Source: Tubiluchus corallicola
Taxonomy: Eukaryota; Animalia; Priapulida
DNA: 64,000 nt
NCBI GenBank assembly: GCA_030141605.1
Contig: JAQGDQ010000515.1
Coordinates: 62,001-126,000, forward strand
Reading direction: 5' to 3'
Shown: one piece after another, positions 1 through 13,300 of the stretch
How positions within the stretch are numbered: the first letter of the stretch is position 1
How the letters are laid out: the number at the start of each line of letters is the position of its first letter
Notes under the pieces: generated by a model
Told to the model about the DNA's origin: nothing
The model's database searches: none
The model's input: the letters and a program-made list of their open reading frames with translations, nothing else
Translations under genes and position numbers: made by a program

Positions 1-189
1 ATATCAGTATATGTATGAATGTCCATATACAAAAATGTTTGATTACATTGTATACTGGTAATGCAATTTCTGCTTATCTTGGTCATCGAAAATCAATATT
101 TGGTCAGGGAAAAGGCAGAGAAATTTATTTTAAAATTCTGTAATTCAAAGAAATTAGTGGACTAGTTGTAAAAGTAAAATTAAATATTA

Positions 190-425
190 AGCAGCAGCAG
201 CAACAACAACAACGACAACAACAACAAGAATGACAATGACAGTGACAACAACAAACAACAATCAACAACAACTACAACGACAACAATACAAAAACAACAA
301 CAACAATGTCAATGACAACAACAATGACAATGACAACAACAAACAACAACTACAACGACGACGACACCAATACAAAAACAACAACAACAACAAACAACAA
401 CCACAGACGACGACAACAACAAAAC
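190..425. repeat. (AAC)n-type degenerate microsatellite
   Basis: Seen directly; it generates the spurious poly-N/Q/T ORFs. Confidence 0.9.
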
Positions 426-1087
426 AAGCACGGATATTATATACATACAAGAAGACAAAACAATTAATTTCAAAAGATATTACATATCCTAACATTTCTT
501 TCAATTGATACTTTTTAAAATATTAAAATTCCTGTTTTCCATACAATTTGTACAGTCTTTTGTTCAGCTTATTGTCGCTAGCTACTTGGAACTTCATCTA
601 CATCCGTTTACAATTTTATCAGACAATACATGAAAATTTTTAAATGCATCGTCTAGGATAACATTATTTTCTATAACAATTTTATGCAAGTTCAAATCCA
701 TTATTGAGTTTACATCAGATAATGTGTGTGGTGTTGGCTTTAATGTTAATTGCCGAGTTACTGCTATTTTTACGTGCAACATAGAAATTAAGAGACCATT
801 TTTCAAAGTGCTTACTTGACTGAACGATATCAGCAGTGTGGGGCAAAATGTAAGTGTGGCTGTATATGAACAGTTTCCATAATTTACTGATAATTATATT
901 CCAAGCTGTATCTACAAAATGTATTTTCGAATCGTGCAACTTCCAACTCTGTCTGCGGTAATATCCTAGACAACTGCTTAAATAAGTATAATTTTAATGA
1001 CAGGATTACTCCTAATAATTGAACAAGCCCCCCTGTTAATTCAATCTTGACAGCAATCTTGAAACACAGGAAACGTAAAAAAGTCGT

Positions 1088-1160
1088 GATGCAGTCTGGA
1101 TTTGAACCAGGCGCCCTCTGCTTACGAGGCAGATGCCCTAGACCACACGGCCACCGTATC
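1088..1160 (-). tRNA. tRNA-Thr(CGT)-like sequence (probable pseudogene or repeat-borne tRNA)
   Basis: Minus strand GATACGG TGGCCGTGTGGTCTAGGGCA TCTGC CTCGTAA GCAGA GGGCG CCTGG TTCAAAT CCAGA CTGCATC folds as a cloverleaf, with one mismatch each in the acceptor and T stems. A T6 run lies about 5 nt downstream. Confidence 0.6.
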
Positions 1161-1340
1161 TCCCAGCGGTCAAAACTTACTCACAATTTTTGCTAGCAAA
1201 TACTAATTAATTGTGTTTTAATTCCATTAATTAGATCTAACTAATTGACTTAAGTTCGGTTGTAAAGCTGTTTCACACCCATTTTTTCCCCGCATTAAAA
1301 AACTCACTGAGATCGAATAGCCGTTTTTGAATAATTTCAG

Positions 1341-4300
1341 GGAGGAGAAGTTGGAAAGGAAAAAGAGAGAACGGATACGTAAGGCCAAACGTTACGCCGC
1401 TATAGGTGTTGGTGCTGTAGCTGGTGGTGCTCTCATAGGTTGGTGTAGATGCGGTGCACCGTGGCTTCTAATGAAGAAGTTGGGGTTGAAATGTTGGTGG
1501 TGCACCATCGTGTTTTTTATAAAGTTCTATAATACATTTATTATTAATTGCTTAATCAACTTTTATCAATTGATAAATGGGAAATTTTTTTGGATTACTT
1601 TATTATTTTACTTAGTGGTTCTATCGAGCACCTGAGTGATTACCCGGATTTTTTATTACCGGAACTTGATAATACTGCCCCAGATTCCAACAATGAAAAT
1701 GCGCTGTGGCGTGGTGTGATTGCCATGGTACTGTTGGTGTGCTGTGGATGGTGTGATTGGTGTAGTGTGGTGGGTTTGCAGTGGATGGTGTTGTTTTTGT
1801 AGTGTGGTGGGTGTGCTGTGGATGGTGTGATTGGTGTAGTGTGGCGTGTGTAGCATGGTATGAGTGGAGTGGTGTGATTGCCATGGTACGGGTGGCGTGG
1901 AAATACTCTCAGTTATTTTTATCTACGCATAAAAATGATTCCTGTTTCTTATTGCCATTGAATCCTAGCAATTGGATACCTGACTGGCGTAAACACTGGT
2001 TTTGATAGTCGTAAATGGAGTATGTTACTCCTCACACCAAGCTTTTACTGTGCCTTTTTACCTAAGTGTTTTTGCACAATATTTCTAAGAATTGCTTTTA
2101 GTTATTTTCGATTTACATTGCAATATTTTTATAGATAACGTATCTGTGTAATTTCGAACTGGTTGATCGATCATACGGGATGTTTAGAAAAATACTAACT
2201 TGCCTAAGCAGTTCGTTTTTTTCTGCGTTCGAATTTCTTGCACACTTTACAGTTTTTTAAACGCAGGTTTGACGGGAGGATTGGCGGCGCCGCTGTTTGC
2301 TGCCGGTGCGAGCGCCATTATCGGCACCGCCGGTGCCGCCGCCCTAGGATCGACAGCTGGAATCGCCATTATCGGGTCGCTGTTTGGCGTAGCCGGTGCA
2401 GGACTTACAGGTATTTAACTCTTTCTCATGATTTTAGCTATGTGACTTAACGATGCGTTTACTGACTGTATGATTGGCAAACATAGGAGTCGCCACTTAC
2501 TAAAACCACAGACAATAAAAAAATCAGATACATTTTAGAACCATTTAAGCAAAGTCCAGAATTACCCCCATGGAAACTATTGTTATGGAAATTCGGTTAA
2601 TAAAACCAGTGCACTGTTTAATAAGATCATATTTTTCAGTAATAGACGACAATACAGTAATGAGATGAAAAGATTTTTGTATTTTTGGTATAATTTGGTA
2701 TATAGTTTTTATATATATTATATGTGTATGTAAATATATATGCATATTTTGGTATATATATATTATACATGTATGTAAATATACATGCATATTTTTGTAC
2801 ATATATTATACATGTATGTAAATATTCATTCAAACATAACAACCCTAATTTGTTGATACAATGGGTAGTGCAACAAAAAGTGTTCAACAGACTCAAACCG
2901 AAATCCACAATTACAATTCAGCAATACTGGATGACCGTGATTATTCTTCACAGAAAAGGTTGTACTTTAGCAGCTGGTGTTGACCACTGAATCGTCATTT
3001 CTCTTGACCAATAATGCATTCCATTCAGTTTGCATTGCCCCTCGTATCTGCAATGTTGATATTGGGAATTGTACACAGAGTGTGAGGAAACTGTACACAG
3101 AGTGTGAGCTCTTCTCTGTATGCTCAACTCATTCAACCGTCATTCATTATTGATTGCTATCAGTTTATTCAATCAGACAGGACGATGATGGCGATTAATT
3201 CCGCTTGGGATGCTTCCCTATTCTTAATTGAAAATAAATAAGTACTACATCGTTATACAGTATGCCTAGGGTTACCAGGCATCCCTTAAAGGAAAACCGG
3301 ACGATTGTTCAGTATGTATTATTTTTTCGTCGTTGTATGTCATGTTTCGACTATAATTCTATTATGTATTCTATTCTATTATTCTAAAATGTTGTATCAT
3401 TTTTACGTCGTTGTAATGTGACACAAAAGTCCCGGTTCATTTTACCATTTTTTTCTTCTGCATATGACAATTTTTAAAGAATAATTCCTTTTGGCACACC
3501 TTGTACATTGTATTTTTCTTTTTGGTATTTTTTAAAAGGGGTTTAATATAACTAATTAGTATTTCATTAAATATCTTTATTGAAATCCTTATCTTTGAAT
3601 ATCGTTTTTAGTACCGCTGTTCTAAAAAAGGTGCCACGACCTTAACAAAATCATATAAAATTCATTAAGTGTGGTCATGTCGAGTTTGTTAGCTACTTAA
3701 TTTTATTGACCACAGGCTAGTAGGTCCAAGAATAGCATAACAAAATAATAATACTTGCCGTAAATGCAGAACCAGCACACAATCAGACAGTTATTGATGT
3801 TGATACTTTATGGAATTTCAGACCAAAAAATCATTTGTGAATTGTATTATCAAAATTTACATACTCGAGTTAAACTTTGAACATATCCATTTATATAGTA
3901 TCTCTATATAGATATTTGCAAGTATCTCGATTGATATTAAGCTAACTCGAGTATGTAAATTTTGATAATACAATTCACAAATGATTTTTTGGTCTGAAAT
4001 TCCATAAAGTATCAACATAAATAACTGTATGACTTATGTGTCTAACTTGAGTGTCTAGCTTATGTGTCTGACTTATGTGTCTGACTTATGTGTCTAACTT
4101 ATGTGTCTGTTTTTTTCAGGGTACAAGATGAAGCAGAGGGTGGGAGCCGTGGAGGAATTTGAGTTTCAGTTTCTCACGGAAGGCAATCAACTACATATCA
4201 CTATAGCCGTGTCAGGCTGGCTAGCTGACACTACAGAAAGTATGTGTGTTTGGTTGGCTGGTCGGTCAGTCGATCAGTTGCTTGAATTGTTAACCGGGTT

Positions 4301-7300
4301 TCTGACTAACTGATTCACTGACTGACTGACTGAATCACTAATTGATTCAGTGGCTCACTGATTGACTGAATGACTGACTGACTGACTCACTGACTGACTA
4401 ATTGACTGAGTGACTGACTGACTGACTGACTAACTGGGTGAGTGAGTGACTGACTGACTGACTGACCAACTGACCAACCAACTGAGAGCTGACTTAGTGA
4501 TTCACTGATTGACTAGCTGATTAACTTACTGACTGACTGAGTGAGTGACCGACCAACTGACTACTGACTCACTGATATACGGTAAATATCTAAGTGAAAA
4601 ATGACAACAGTTTGAAGTATTTTCAATTAATTAAATCATTAATTAGATTATGATTGTGAATACAAGAATGTTATTTCAGAACAATTACAACCCATTGTAA
4701 TGAGTAGAGACAACAGACAGTGAAAAATTGCGAGCCAGTCGGGATTTGAACCGCAGACCTTTGCGTTCACAGTCGTAATCTAATTAATGAAGTAGTTAAT
4801 TGTGTTAGCTAATTAGAAAGACGTTAATGTTGTAAGCATCCTTTAACCGTGACACGGGTGCAGGTGGCGCTGTTGGATTGTCTGCTGCTTGAAATATCAA
4901 GCCTGCTGTGTCATGTTGAACTGGGAACTCACGTGAACTCAGTATGGGAGCATTCCCAGAATCCCTGGAAGATTTTTGCGAACTAAAGATGCTTCGCTAA
5001 CTCTTAATCATTTCTTGTTTTTATAAAAATCATAATTCATTTGGTAATGTAGAAAATGTTGTGTAGAAAAATTATACTTTTCAAAAAAATTAAGAAGTTT
5101 TAATTTAAATTTAAAATTTTAATTACAGATAATTACAGGACGTTAAATTACAGCATTTACGAATTTTTGTTTGCTATAGCCTACAATTAAAAAAATTATT
5201 AACGTATCAGCGGGCGAGCTGATACTATCAACTATTGATAACATCACAAGTTAACATAAATTTCAACAGGCAAGTTTTAAGGTAAAAATTCATGCTGGCG
5301 CATGCGCTGTCGAATGTGTGTGTTCGTCACAAACTAACACATCCAAACTGAAAGGTACAGCCCCTGTTTTCTGTATAATGCGTTTCCGGAATGCAGATGC
5401 TAGTGCCCATCTAACCAGCGAATGGCAAAATGCTTTTAACGGTGGAGAAATAGTGGTTCGAATGCGAAATTGTGTTTGTGTGGTAATAATTCTTTCACGT
5501 AATGCATTCTTGAGGAAGTAGTGCATTTCTTTTCAGTATTTTAAAGAAGTGATTGTTTTGACATACAGTTTAAGATTGGGTCCAGTTTTTTACTTTAAGA
5601 ATTTTTATCTGCACATTATAAACTTATGCTGACTTGTTGTTGTTGTACAGATGCATTTCGTGCACCGTGGATCAGCATGCTGAATTCCCTGGAACAGTAC
5701 TGTCTAAAGTGGGAATCTAAACATCTCATTAAATTAGGAACTGCAATTGATTACCTAATGAGCTTCGGTGTAACGATGGCAGTGCAAGAGTCACTCAAGT
5801 ATACGATATTATCAGGTGTGTTGTGTCTGTTTATTCTTGCCTGGTTTTGGCTTTGGTTTTGCCTGGTAAACGGCTCAGTTATATGATCTTGTCAGGTGTA
5901 ATGATTCATTGAATGGTTTTGCCTGGTAAATGGCTCAGTTATGTGATCTTGTCAGGTATAATGGTAATGATTCATTGATTGGTTTTGCCTGGTAAACGGC
6001 TCAGTTATATGACCTTGTCAAGAGTGATGATGAATTGATTGGTTTTGCCTGGTAAATGGCTCAGTTATATGATCTTGTCAAGAGTGATGATGAATTGATT
6101 GGTTTTGCCTGGTAAACAGCTCAGTTATATGACCTTGTCAAGAGTGACGATGAATTGATTGGTTTTGCCTGGTAAATGGCTCAGTTATATGACCTTGTCA
6201 GATGTAATGATTCATTGATTGGTTTTGCCTGGTAAATGGCTCAATTATATGACCTTGTCAGATATAATGGTAAAGATTTACCCTATAAATGGTCCAGCCC
6301 CTGGAAAATAGTCATATAAAGGGTAAATATTGTACCCACCCGAAAGAAATAATGTTCGTTAATGACGACATAATCATTTATATAAATGTTAAAAAACAAT
6401 GAGAAAATAATAATGAAATCAATGAAAAATACTAATAAATGTTGTTACGAATATACTTTACCTTTCGAAACGTTCACTTGTTGCGCACAACAAAGCGTTC
6501 ATGTGTTATGCGCAACAAAGTGTTCATGTGTTATGCACAACAAAGTGTTCACGTGATGTGCACAACAAAGTGTTCACGTGATGTGCGCAACAAAGCGTTC
6601 ACGAGTTGTGCACAACAAAGCGTTCACGAGTTGTGCACAACAAAGCGTTCACGAGTTGTGCACAACAAAGTGTTCACGTGATGTGCACAACAAAGTGTTC
6701 ACGCGATGCTACAAAATGCATTCTGGGAGGACCTCTGTTGGGCGGCACTTTCGATTTTCATTTTTGTATCCTGAATATTTTTTCGTTAAACGGGACGGCA
6801 ATTTCTTCAAAGCCTGATTCTGTATTTTGCGTACAATAGGGTTTTTGTAAGTCGAGGTTCCGCTGTATGAGGTGTTTTACTGACGAGGATAAAGTGCTTC
6901 AAAACCTTGTCGTACGCAATAAGAGAAAACATTTTCCAATGGTGGTTCACCCAATTAGCAGAAGTTGCCAATTTTTGTGGCCAACCTGTATCTTTGAAAA
7001 CCAGGTACAGTAAACTCCTCGTAACTGAAAATCGCATAACTCGAATTTTTGCTTAACTCAAAAATGCAATTTATACTCTAGAGAAATAAAATCTTTCGTG
7101 CAACTCAGCAACGGTAAAATCGGCTTTCGGGAAAATTTTGATGTCTTACAGGTTGCTCCCTCCCCCACCCCCGATTATTAGACGCACATACTGAACTGAA
7201 GTAGCCCCATTATCATATTGTTTAACAGTGTTGTGTACGTGTCTTTTTGTAGCATAAAAAAATCGTGTTTCACAACATAATTTGTTATTCTTTACGTAAT

Positions 7301-10300
7301 TGTTATCAAATCTCATCGTTTATGTACAGAAGGGTTGAACTTTCTGGCTTTTATTTAGCTCACCTTTTGGAGGAGGGGTTTAGCTCACCCTCTGAGAACA
7401 ATATAATTATTTTATAATGTTTATAATGTAAAGAATACTAATCTTATCAAATTGCATTTTTCAACATATGTTTTGTGTAAATTTAATTAATTAATTTATT
7501 TATTTACTTATTTAATTAAATTGATTATTTATTTGTTGATTGATTTATTTATTCATTTATTTGTTTAAATATTTATTTATTTAAGTAAATTAATTATTTA
7601 AATACGTCAATTAATAAATAAAGATCTAAATAAATAAATTAATTAAATTAATTATTTAAATAAATTTTTTTATTTCGACGACATACTTAGCTATTCATTG
7701 TTGTTTATTTGTTTTAGGGTTATTTATGTTGACAGCATTGCATTTACTGTCGACAGGCAATGTTTGGTAATAATCAGCTTCTTCTTTTAGATGCCTTTTT
7801 CTTTGTTCTTATTTTCATTGTCTTTGCGCAGGCTTATTGACGGCAATTGCCTGGCCCACCTCGCTCATGTCATTGGCTTCGATTATAGACAATCCGTGGA
7901 GCGTCTGCTTACAGAGGAGCGAAGCCGTCGGCCGGCAACTAGCCGATGTCCTTCTCTCTCGTCAACAGGTAACGGGGATTTTTTTCTTTCTCTTATTCAC
8001 ACATTTTAGTCAGTTTATGTTGTAAGGGAAATTTCCCTTTCATTAATACATTAGGTGCCACTTAATAGGCTATTTTTGGGATGAGAAAGTGCTACTGTAA
8101 TATATTCAGTGTGTTGTATTAAAACTAGGAAAGTTTTAATGTAAATATACAAATTTACCACTGTGCTCACCCATGAGCTGTCGAACGTATATAATTATTT
8201 ATACAGTTTATAATGTTAAGAATACTGATCTTATAAAATTGCATTTTTCAATATATGTTTTGTATAAATTTCATTAATTAATTTATTTAATTATTTAAAT
8301 TGATTATTTATTTGTTGATTTATTTATTCATTTATTTATTTAGATATTTATTTATTGATTGATTTAACTAAAAACCTAATGTCACAAACTAACACATCTG
8401 AACTTAGAGGTACAGTACCTGTTTTTTGTGTGATGCTTTTCCAAACTGCAGGTGCTAGTACCTGTCTAACTAGCAAATGATGAAATGCATGTAATAGCGA
8501 AGAACTGATAGTGCGAATGTGAATTTGTGTTTGCGTGGTAATAATTCTTTCATGTAAGTCACTCTTGAAATACTTAGTATGTTTCCTTTCAATATTTTAA
8601 AGAGTAGATTTTTTGACCTACAGTTTAAGATTGCGTCCGGTTTTGCTTTAAACACAGAAGGTGATAAAGCAATGCATGCTCTCCTGCAATGCAAAAATGT
8701 AGTAACTACCAAGAAGTCTTAATATGAAACGTTGCCAGCATATTTATGTGCGACAGTGAAACTCGGGTTAAAATTTTTCTCAAGAAAATCAGATTTATAC
8801 ATTTCATAGAAGTCTTCTTAGGAAAGTTTTTAAGATAAGATGGCCATACATAATCAAAAATGAAGATTTATACACTAGAACAAAAGAAATTTTTTGGAGT
8901 TCAAAAGTCAAGATCACCGAGTTCTTTTGTTTATGTTTCCTTTCAATATTTTAAAGAGTAGATTGTTTTAACCTACAGTTTCAAATTGGGTCCGGTTTTG
9001 CTTCATTATCGAATCAATTATTCCGAGCTTTTAGAATCATTTACCGACAGCTTTTATACACACTTGAATAGGAGGAGTCCATACCAGATGTTTTTGAGTA
9101 AATTAGGCTACGGATTCTACTAACCGTGAGTCAATAAATGGTGTCTACTGTAATAGGATCGATTCTGAGTTTTAGAATGTAGAATCAATTGTCTAATTGT
9201 CTCCAGTATGGGCCACTTCCATGCAAAAGTATATAAAAACTTTATGATTACTGTTGTGTTCTGTTTCTCCCGGAAGGCTCATAGAGAAAACCAGAAAACA
9301 GGTCGTCAAATGAAACTAGTTTATTATGCGAGAATTCTACAACACGAAAGTATGAAGGAACGCAAAATGTTAACAGTAAATGTGAAAATCTGGAAAACAT
9401 TTGAGTGTATCCGAAAATGCAAGTATACAAGAGAATGTGTAAGTGTGCATTCGTGCGAATCTGCGTATATACTTCAACAGCCAGCTTCGCCTTATATAGA
9501 GTGCCAGGGAACATTCCAGAAGTTTCTTTCTAGAACATTCTGCAAGGTAAGACGATTATTCTATTATGCTATGGAACATTCTGTATGCTATGGAATACAA
9601 TGTTCTATTTAATTCTATTAGATGCCAGCGATCTCCACAACAATTACACATGATTAAACCACTTAGATACGGTGACATGCGAACTACACACGTGTCATTA
9701 CACGCTGCTTGGTTACTGTCCTTTGTAATGATGTGAACAAAGTGACGGCCTGCCAAGTAGTCCGTTTGCGAAAAAACGGACTGTGTCCATAGTATGCGGC
9801 ACTTTTTAACGGTCCGATTCTTTTGATATCCGTAAAAATCAGGTCTAGCAAACCGAGACATGAATGTACAGCGTAGCAAGTCGGCGTGCTCATGTGTACG
9901 AAGGTGATTTGTAAAACTTCAGAATTTGTCATTTTACAGGTTGCATTTAACATCATTCAAAAATTTCTCTTCCAGGGAAAACGCCCGGTTACACTCGTCG
10001 GATTCAGTCTGGGTGCACGCGTCATCTACAACTGTTTGATTGAAATGTCAAAAAGAAAAGGTACCGTTTTTGAATAACATTTCTCATACGATTTGATCTC
10101 GGTAGCCACTCCCTTTGAGTAGACTGCGTGCGAAGGGACGGGAATCTGTTTAATTATCAAGCTGTGGAATCCCAGGCTGGAATTCAGTTGTCAATGTCAG
10201 AGACTAGCGCTAATGTTAATGCTTGTACGGCAGGAAGGGAAGAAATGTATGGCAGGGCGGGAAGAAATGTGTGATAGGATGGGAAGAAATGTATGACAGG

Positions 10301-13300
10301 ACGGGAAGACTGTATGACAGGATGGGAAGAAATGTGTGGCAGGACGGGAAGAAATGTATGACAGGACGGGAAGAATGTATGGCAGGGTGGGAAGAAATGT
10401 GCGGCAGGACGGGAAGAAATGTGTAGCAGAATGGGAAGAAATTTATGACAGGACGGGAAGAAATTTATAACAGGATGGGAAGAAATGTGTGACAGGATGG
10501 GAAGAAATGTGTGGCAGGGCGGGAAGAAATGTGTGACAGGATGGGAAGAAATATATGACAGAATGGGAAGAAATGTGTGACAGGACGAGAACAAATGTAT
10601 GACAGGAAAGGAAGGAATGTATGGCAGGACGGGAAAAAATATAGGGCAGGACGGGAAGAAATGTATGACAGGAAAGGGAGGAATGTATGGCAGGACGGGA
10701 AGAAATGAGTGGAAAAAGACGTCAAAAGCAGCAGTTTTTTACGGAATAAAAAACTCTGCCAGTTTCGTGCACACTGTAATTGCTAATAGTGCTATTAAAA
10801 TTTTCATTGTTGTGCTTGCTCAACTTGCTGGCCATTGAGAAATTTCAATTTTTACATCGTTAATTTCACTACAACGAGTTTTTGCAGGTAAAAACAACTA
10901 ACACATCTATCAAGAGGGGTTCTTAGGCTTCAAAATGATCACGTTTTTGTGTCAAGTTCATTTATGGGTTTTGTGCATTTTGAGTAAACTTAGTATGCTT
11001 TTTCATTCAGTAAAATAACTAAATTATTCAGATATCATATTCTGTTTTTTCTGATTATTCTGTTTTTTCTTCAACTGTTGAAATATTTTGCTTTAAAGAA
11101 CTTGCAATAACCGAAACCATAATAGAGCTTTATCCAGGCTCAATTAAATGCAATATATATATATATATATATATTCAAGCTTTAATCAAGAGGTCAAAAA
11201 TTGAAAAAATGGTCACAGGTTCTTATTGCGTTCTTCACATCAACTTGGCAATAAAAAAAACAAAAATGTTCGTGTCACTTTTCAGATTGCGAAGGAATTG
11301 TTGAAGACGTGGTGCTCCTAGGTGCGCCTGTGCCGGGCGATGTGGACAGCTGGACGCCGGTCAAGCGTGTAGTGAGTGGCCGCATTGTGAATGGTTATTG
11401 CAGGTAATGGTGGTCAAATCAAGCAAGAATTCATCTTACTAGAATGGTCGTCAAAAAGAGCTAAAACAATCATGCTTTTTGATACTTGAAATACAATCAA
11501 AGCTGCAAAAGTGTTTCTGATAATTAAATAGTAAATTAAAAAGTTAAATAACGGTGGGCGAGCCCAACTATTGATGACATCACAAACTAACATAATTTTC
11601 AACAGCAAAAATATTCCATGAATGTGTTTCATGTGTTTGGGAAAGAGAAATTTGAAATACTGTAAGATATTCAGTGTGTTGTAGGAAAACTAGGCAAGTT
11701 TTGAGATAAAAATTCGAAATTCAGATTTACAGCCGTACTCACGCATGAGCTGTCAAATGTGTGTAGGTCGTCACAAACTAACACATCTGAACTGACAGGT
11801 ACAGCACCTCTTTTGTGCAGTGCATTTCCGAAATGCAAGGTGCTACAGCCCCTACTATCTAGCGAATGGCGGAATTCATATAACAGCGAAGAACTAGAGG
11901 AGCGAACGCGAAATTGTTTGTGTGGTAATAATTCTTTCATGTAAGATCATTTTTGAAAAAAATAGTTCGTTTCCTTTCGATAATTTAAAGAATAGATTGC
12001 TTTGACCTACAGTTTAACATTGGGTACAGTTTTATTTTAAATTGCAAGCTTAGAGACTAATAATGTCTCTAAGATAGCTCATAAAAGATTGCTTGTTGTT
12101 GTTGTTTCAAAGGTTGAATACTTTATCGTGTACAGTAACATTCTATGTTTCGGACGTTGAATACTTTATCGTGTACAGTAACATTCTATGTTTCAGACGT
12201 TGAATACTTTATCGTGTACAGTAACATTCTATGTTTCAGAGGTGACTGGTTGTTGAAGTTTCTGTACCGCACTGCCACCACGTCTCTGTCGGTAGCCGGT
12301 CTTGGACCCGTTGAATGGGACGACCGGCGTATGCACAACGTGAATCTCAGTGATGTGGTAAGCGACGTTTTCTGAACTAAGATTAATGACGTATTGAAGC
12401 ATTGAGTTGCGCTCTTAACTAAGTAGGTAGGTAGGTAGGTAGGTAAGCAAGTAAGTAAGTAGGTAGGTAGGTAGGTAGGTAGGTAGGTAGGTAGGTAGGT
12501 AGGTAGGTAGGTAAGTAAGTAAGTAAGTAGGTAGGTAGGTAAGCAGTAAGTTAAGTAAGTAAGTAGGTAGATAGGCAGGCAGGCAGGTAGGTAGGTAAGT
12601 AGGTAGCTAGGTAGGTAGGTAGGTAGGCAGGCAGGCAGGTAGGTAAGTAAGTTGGTAGGTAGGTAGGTAAGTAGATAGGTAAGTAGATAGGTAGGTAGGT
12701 AGGTAGGTAGGTAGGTAGATAGGTAGGTAAGTAAATTGGTAAGTAGGTAGTTTGGTAGGTAGGTAGGTAGGTAGGTAAGTAGGTTGGTGGGTAGGTAGGT
12801 AAGTAGGTAGGTAAGTAAGTAAGTAGGTAGGTAGGTAAGCAAGTAAGTAAGTAGGTAGGTAAGTAAGTAAGTAGGTAGGTAAGCAAGTAAGTAGGTAGGT
12901 AGGTAGGTAGGTAAATAAGTAGGTAGGTAGGTAGGTAAGTAGGTAAGTAGGTAGGCAGGTAGGTAGGTAGCTAGGTAGGTAGGTAGGCAAGCAAGCAAGT
13001 AAAAGCAAGCAGGCAAGCAAGCAAGCAAGCAGGTAAGTAATTAAGCAGTTTATTGTCATTATAGCTCCATACATACAATGAAATTTACGTGGTTTTACGT
13101 ACTGCAATAACTTATAGAAACAACAAGGAGATTAACACAAATAATTCAATCAGTTGTACGGTGACATAGAGAATTAATATTGAAGATTTACTGATATATT
13201 CTATTGGTGGTGCAAATTGCAATGGGATAGAAAGAATTTAAAGTTCTTGTGGTTTTAGCGTTAATTGGGCGGTATCTACAACCAGAGAGAAGCATTTCAA

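Noticed and set aside
12186-13107. Long ORFs of 111-280 aa (LPTY repeats), and similar ORFs over the AAC, ATC, GA and TAG tracts
   Set aside because: These are translations of microsatellites.
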